64,000 bases of DNA from Orbicella franksi (lineage: Eukaryota). The stretch lies in assembly GCA_964199315.1 (NCBI GenBank), contig OZ116702.1, forward strand, positions 32,860,001-32,924,000, in the 5' to 3' direction. Shown in pieces: positions 60,022-64,000 of the stretch. The notes under the pieces were generated by a model. It worked only from the letters and a program-made list of their open reading frames with translations. It was not told where the DNA came from and ran no database searches. Numbering within the stretch: position 1 is the first letter of the stretch; each line of letters opens with the position of its first letter. The translations under genes were made by a program, and so were the position numbers.

Positions 60022-63000
60022 CTAGAACCCAAACCATTTTCCAAATGTTCTGCTCAAGAATCCTCGCTCTTCTGTAAAATAATAACAAAACTTGAAACAT
60101 TCGAGGTGCATAGTACGGAAATTTGAGGAACAGTAATACTGTACATCAACAAACACCAAAACGACACTTGGAAGTGATTTGACTAACGCGCACGTCGTCG
60201 CACACACTCCGCGCGTATGCCACGCGAAACAAGAACAGCACAAACCTCGCGAGATCGTTTTTCCGTGGTTATCAAAGTTTGGAAAACATAACTAAACTCT
60301 AAACTGACTAGCTTTCATGAAAATGGAGGACGAATCAGCATTTGCACATAGAACTATTGAATTTACGCCACATAAAACTGCGGCACTGATTTTCTTGTTT
60401 GGTCACGTGTAGATTATCGCTAACATACCGACTTCGAAGACGAGGTTGCCTTTGGCTCGGTTCTGAGGCAACCAATCGTCATCTTTCTTAGTTTGAGCTA
60501 TCTGTGCCACAGTTGGAAATAACGGTGATGGACGAGGCTGGAACGGGGTACTACCGTCTAAACAACACAAAAGAAAAACAGACTTGGTTATTGTAACTCG
60601 TCTATTACGGTGATGAGCAAAGATCAGCAAAGGTTAGGTTATTTTAAAAAGTTGGATGCTACGGGGACTGCGTAAAAGAATACATCTCAATCTAAATTTA
60701 CTTTCAATCCACATTAGCAGGTTCCATAAAAGCAAGAGACATTACATAGATAATCTTCCAGAGAAGATATCTTTCAGGAGTTGTTTTTCAACACGTACTT
60801 CCGTGTAAGAACATGCATTTCGGTAAAGACATGTTTCACTACACTTACCTCTAGCAGACATAGAGAACGGATTAACTGTTATGCCAATGCTACTAAATCC
60901 TTCAGCTCTGTCAGTTTCATGTCGTTTTCTCAGAACGGGAAGGCCATGCGCGACTTGCGCTGCAGCAACGTTGGTCACAGAGACGAACGGCTTTGGGCTA
61001 CCCTGGCCTAAAAACCAAATTACAAAAACTACAGTTGTCACAGTATAATGGGCTTTCGCCTAACAGTCATATCGCTATAACAGACAGATGACTGAGCTGA
61101 TAGGGGCGTCGTCAAACAACCATCAAAATATGTGAGCATCTTTAACATCGGGTTTGTAGTTCTTTTGGATAGCGACGCCCCTTATTTTATGGGACAATTT
61201 CTTAGCGCAAAGTTCACCAGTACATTGTTTTACTATATCCATACCTCTCAGAGCAGCTGTGGAGAACGGTTTGACTGACTTAAAGGAGAATCCACCAGCT
61301 TTCAGTTTCTTAGTTTCGCCCACAGTTTCTCTCGGGACTGGAATGTCCTGCTCAGCATAAGATTCTTTGGTCACGGCAGCGACGCACGGTGGCAGCTGGT
61401 TATTTAAATAACCACCGCCTGAAAATACCGTCAAAACAGATTTCAATGTTAGCGCGCGGGTAAACATTGGAGGGTTCTTCCAGCACAATAGGAAAAATAT
61501 TAACCTGCTATACGTTTTTTACAGAAGAACAAACGCACACTCGTCTGTTGGATCAGTCATGTTCCCTTGGCAGTAACGTATCATACCTTTGTTGTCGTCG
61601 AACTCGTTTCCCAGGCCATCAGATTTTTCTCCAACTTCGTTCTTTGCCGAGAAGTGGTCGAATGGAGACGACGTTGCTTCAAAGTAATCATCAGCTAATT
61701 AAGAAACAGAAAGGACGAGAATCAGACTTCGGAAGTCTTCCACAAGAACACACTGCACAGTAGAGCAGAGCCACTTTTTCACAATGCCTGACATACTTTT
61801 GTTGGTTTTCTAAATCCTTAAAATTTTTAGCCGTGACCAAAACAACAAAAACTGCACGTGCATCCTTTTGTTGGTTTTCCAAGCTTCTCCTCCAATCAGA
61901 GACCGCCGTGAGCAGAACTTTTCCACATCCGGGTGCGCATTTTTCGGCGAGTAATAAGCGAAACAATTTGTCATGCGCGCCGAGAGAAGATGCGTGCATG
62001 TCATTAACGAATCATAGACCGGCTATGCATGTATGAATTACACTTATAAATCACTCATACCGTTAAACGTTTTCACGACATCTGTGGGAAGTTCTGAAAC
62101 ATCTGCAGTTTCCACACTTGTTGTCTTGTTCAAAGAGCTGCATGCATGTTCGAGCTTCTCTTTTTCCTCTGTCAATAAACAAATAAAGATGATGGTAAGT
62201 TCACCAACTTACTTACCAAGAAATTTAGGACACTATAACAAGATAGTATTATTACAATGCCTTTAACTGACATTGAACATAATCTATACCTTTAGAATTC
62301 TCCAGAAGCACCTCCTTTTTCTTTTCTTCAGCGTCCACGTTCTGCAACGTAGCATTACTGTAACTCATTTGGTCTTGCAAATCAACAATCTGCTGAGATA
62401 TGTTTGCCTCCTCCAGAGCGACCCGCCCTCTTTTCTGCGGGTAGATTTTGGTTGTATCGTCCAGCCTCTCTTGAAATTCTTCAAGTTGATGTTTCAGTGA
62501 GGAGTCAGTGATCCTTACCAGGTTTTTCTTTTGTTCTGAAATATTTCCACAAGAGCTTATTATAAGTTCAATGACAAAACTGGGTTGTCTTTTCTCGTTG
62601 TCAATTTTTCGATTTTCAATTCTGCAGTTATTATAGTCTAAACAAATTTCGTGTTGTTTCGTAATGTGAATTATGATTTGCCTGTTTTATTTTGTTTTAA
62701 GCGTCAGATAAAAGGTTCGTGTTACTTTTGAACATGCGATTGCCATTTAAAAACACCAGTTACAATTACATGGCCTTTTCTTTGCGATCAAGAGGTCCAA
62801 ATTTCCTCAGAAGAAAATCTTACCCTTAGTGGTATCAAGCGCTGTGGTTAAACTCTCTTTCTCTTTGACTTCCCTCTCCAACTCAACATTCCTGGCATTA
62901 AGATGGCAACTCAGTTCAACAATTTGCTGTGATTTTTCAGTGGTAAGCAGCTTGTCGATGGCTGCCCTCTCCGCTGTTTGAGTGTTGGCTGTATCGTCCA

Positions 63001-63507
63001 GCTTCTCTTGTAGTTCTTTCAATTGATCTTTCAAGGAGTTTATCTTGTCGAATTCTTTCTTTCGCTCTGAAATGGTCACACGAGCTATAAGTTTAGTGTA
63101 AAAAGATTGTCCATTAGCGTTCCGTTTTCCATAATTTTTCACAATATTGTAGATTAAAATCTACACAACTTTTCTGCCGTTTCGTACTGTCGACAGTGAG
63201 TTTTTTTGAAAGCCTATTTGCAATTTGTTTTATACCTGCAAATTTACAAAACTGCATGATCAAAAACGTTATGCACCTTCACAGTTCTCACGCCCTGTAC
63301 TTTTCTCCTCTTTCTTTTTGACTTCCTTCTCCAACTTCGTATTCCTGGCAGTCAATTCAACAATTTGCTGTAATTTTTCCCCAAGCACCTTCTCAATCTT
63401 CGCTAACTCCACTGTTCGTGTGCTGGCCATGTTTTCCAGCTTCTCCTGTAGCTCTTTATGTTGCTGCTTTAGCGTGGCGTTCGTCACTTCCAAGCTGATT
63501 TCACGTT
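60022..63507 (-). CDS. Uncharacterised coiled-coil protein (5' part unresolved, probably extending beyond the window); three repeated coiled-coil exons, low-complexity region, C-terminal amphipathic motif
   Basis: Exons 63507-63277, 63084-62824, 62535-62290, 62168-62061, 61694-61587, 61418-61245, 61007-60849, 60557-60429, 60071-60022. All have pyrimidine-rich AG acceptors and G|GT donors, join in frame in phase 1, and end EERGFLSRTFGKWFGF*. The donor at 63277 has an alternative at 63301. Confidence 0.75.
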
Positions 63508-63530
63508 CTAAAATGAATCCAAGAATTGCG

Positions 63531-63619
63531 TGGATGAAACATCGCCGGATGAAACATCGCCGGATGAAACATCGCCGAATGAAACATCGCCGGATGAAAC
63601 ATCGCCGATGTTTCATCCA
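63531..63619. repeat. Five tandem 15-bp units GGATGAAACATCGCC followed by one inverted arm
   Basis: Units at 63532-63606 (one variant GAATG...). GATGTTTCATCCA at 63607-63619 is the reverse complement of TGGATGAAACATC. Confidence 0.95.
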
Positions 63620-64000
63620 CACAATTTTAAGAAGGAAAATATTTTAAGCCGCTATGTACATTTTCCTTCTTATCTATCCTGTTCAAACAACTTTCTCTTA
63701 CGCACTGTGAATTTCCTTCTCCGGGTAAAGATTGCGGTAAGTGGCCTTCTTTGTCTTTAAGCTTAAAACTGGGTCAGTGAAATAAAATCAGCTTTTCCTG
63801 AACATAACTTAATATGAATATCCAACAGTGCATTCAACGTAAAATTACATTCGCAGAAATTTTTGACAGACCACTAAAAAGCAAAACTTCACAACATACA
63901 GTGTTCCGACGCTGCTGTAGGTCCTGACATACCTTACCAAATGAAATTATATGGTCCAATTCTGAGTTTTAGCCTCAAAGAAAAATTGTCAATGCGAGCT

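Noticed and set aside
63530-63760. ORFs MDETSPDETSP... and RRCFIRRCFI...
   Set aside because: Translations of the 15-bp intronic tandem repeat, open only because the unit length is a multiple of 3.
63640-63790. A further upstream exon of the coiled-coil gene
   Set aside because: Several acceptor and donor choices exist and none is clearly best, so it was left out of the model.

Overview
Eukaryotic, AT-rich, intron-containing animal DNA. The repeat families look like those of a stony coral; this is an inference and no taxon was verified. Splicing the exons by hand gives seven genes: two tandem SAMD9-family STAND-like immune genes (+; the first is cut by the window start), RPE (+, 8 exons), an extended synaptotagmin (-, 24 exons), PDIA4/ERp72 (-, 8 exons), HPRT (+, 11 exons) and an unidentified coiled-coil gene (-, 5' end unresolved). 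Many MITE, SINE and LINE remnants lie between and within them. The most interesting item is the complete SAMD9-like gene. Exons 8598-9712, 11748-12178 and 13355-16977 splice in frame at GT-AG sites into a 1722-aa protein: poly-Lys disordered region, DZIP3-type HEPN domain with an intact R-N-x4-H motif, SIR2-like, STAND-like P-loop, TPR and OB fold. It has no SAM or AlbA_2 (Schlafen-like tRNase) domain, so a predicted HEPN RNase occupies the effector slot of an animal SAMD9-type sensor, recalling effector swapping in bacterial Avs anti-phage systems. Domain calls come from motif recognition by eye, not from database searches.
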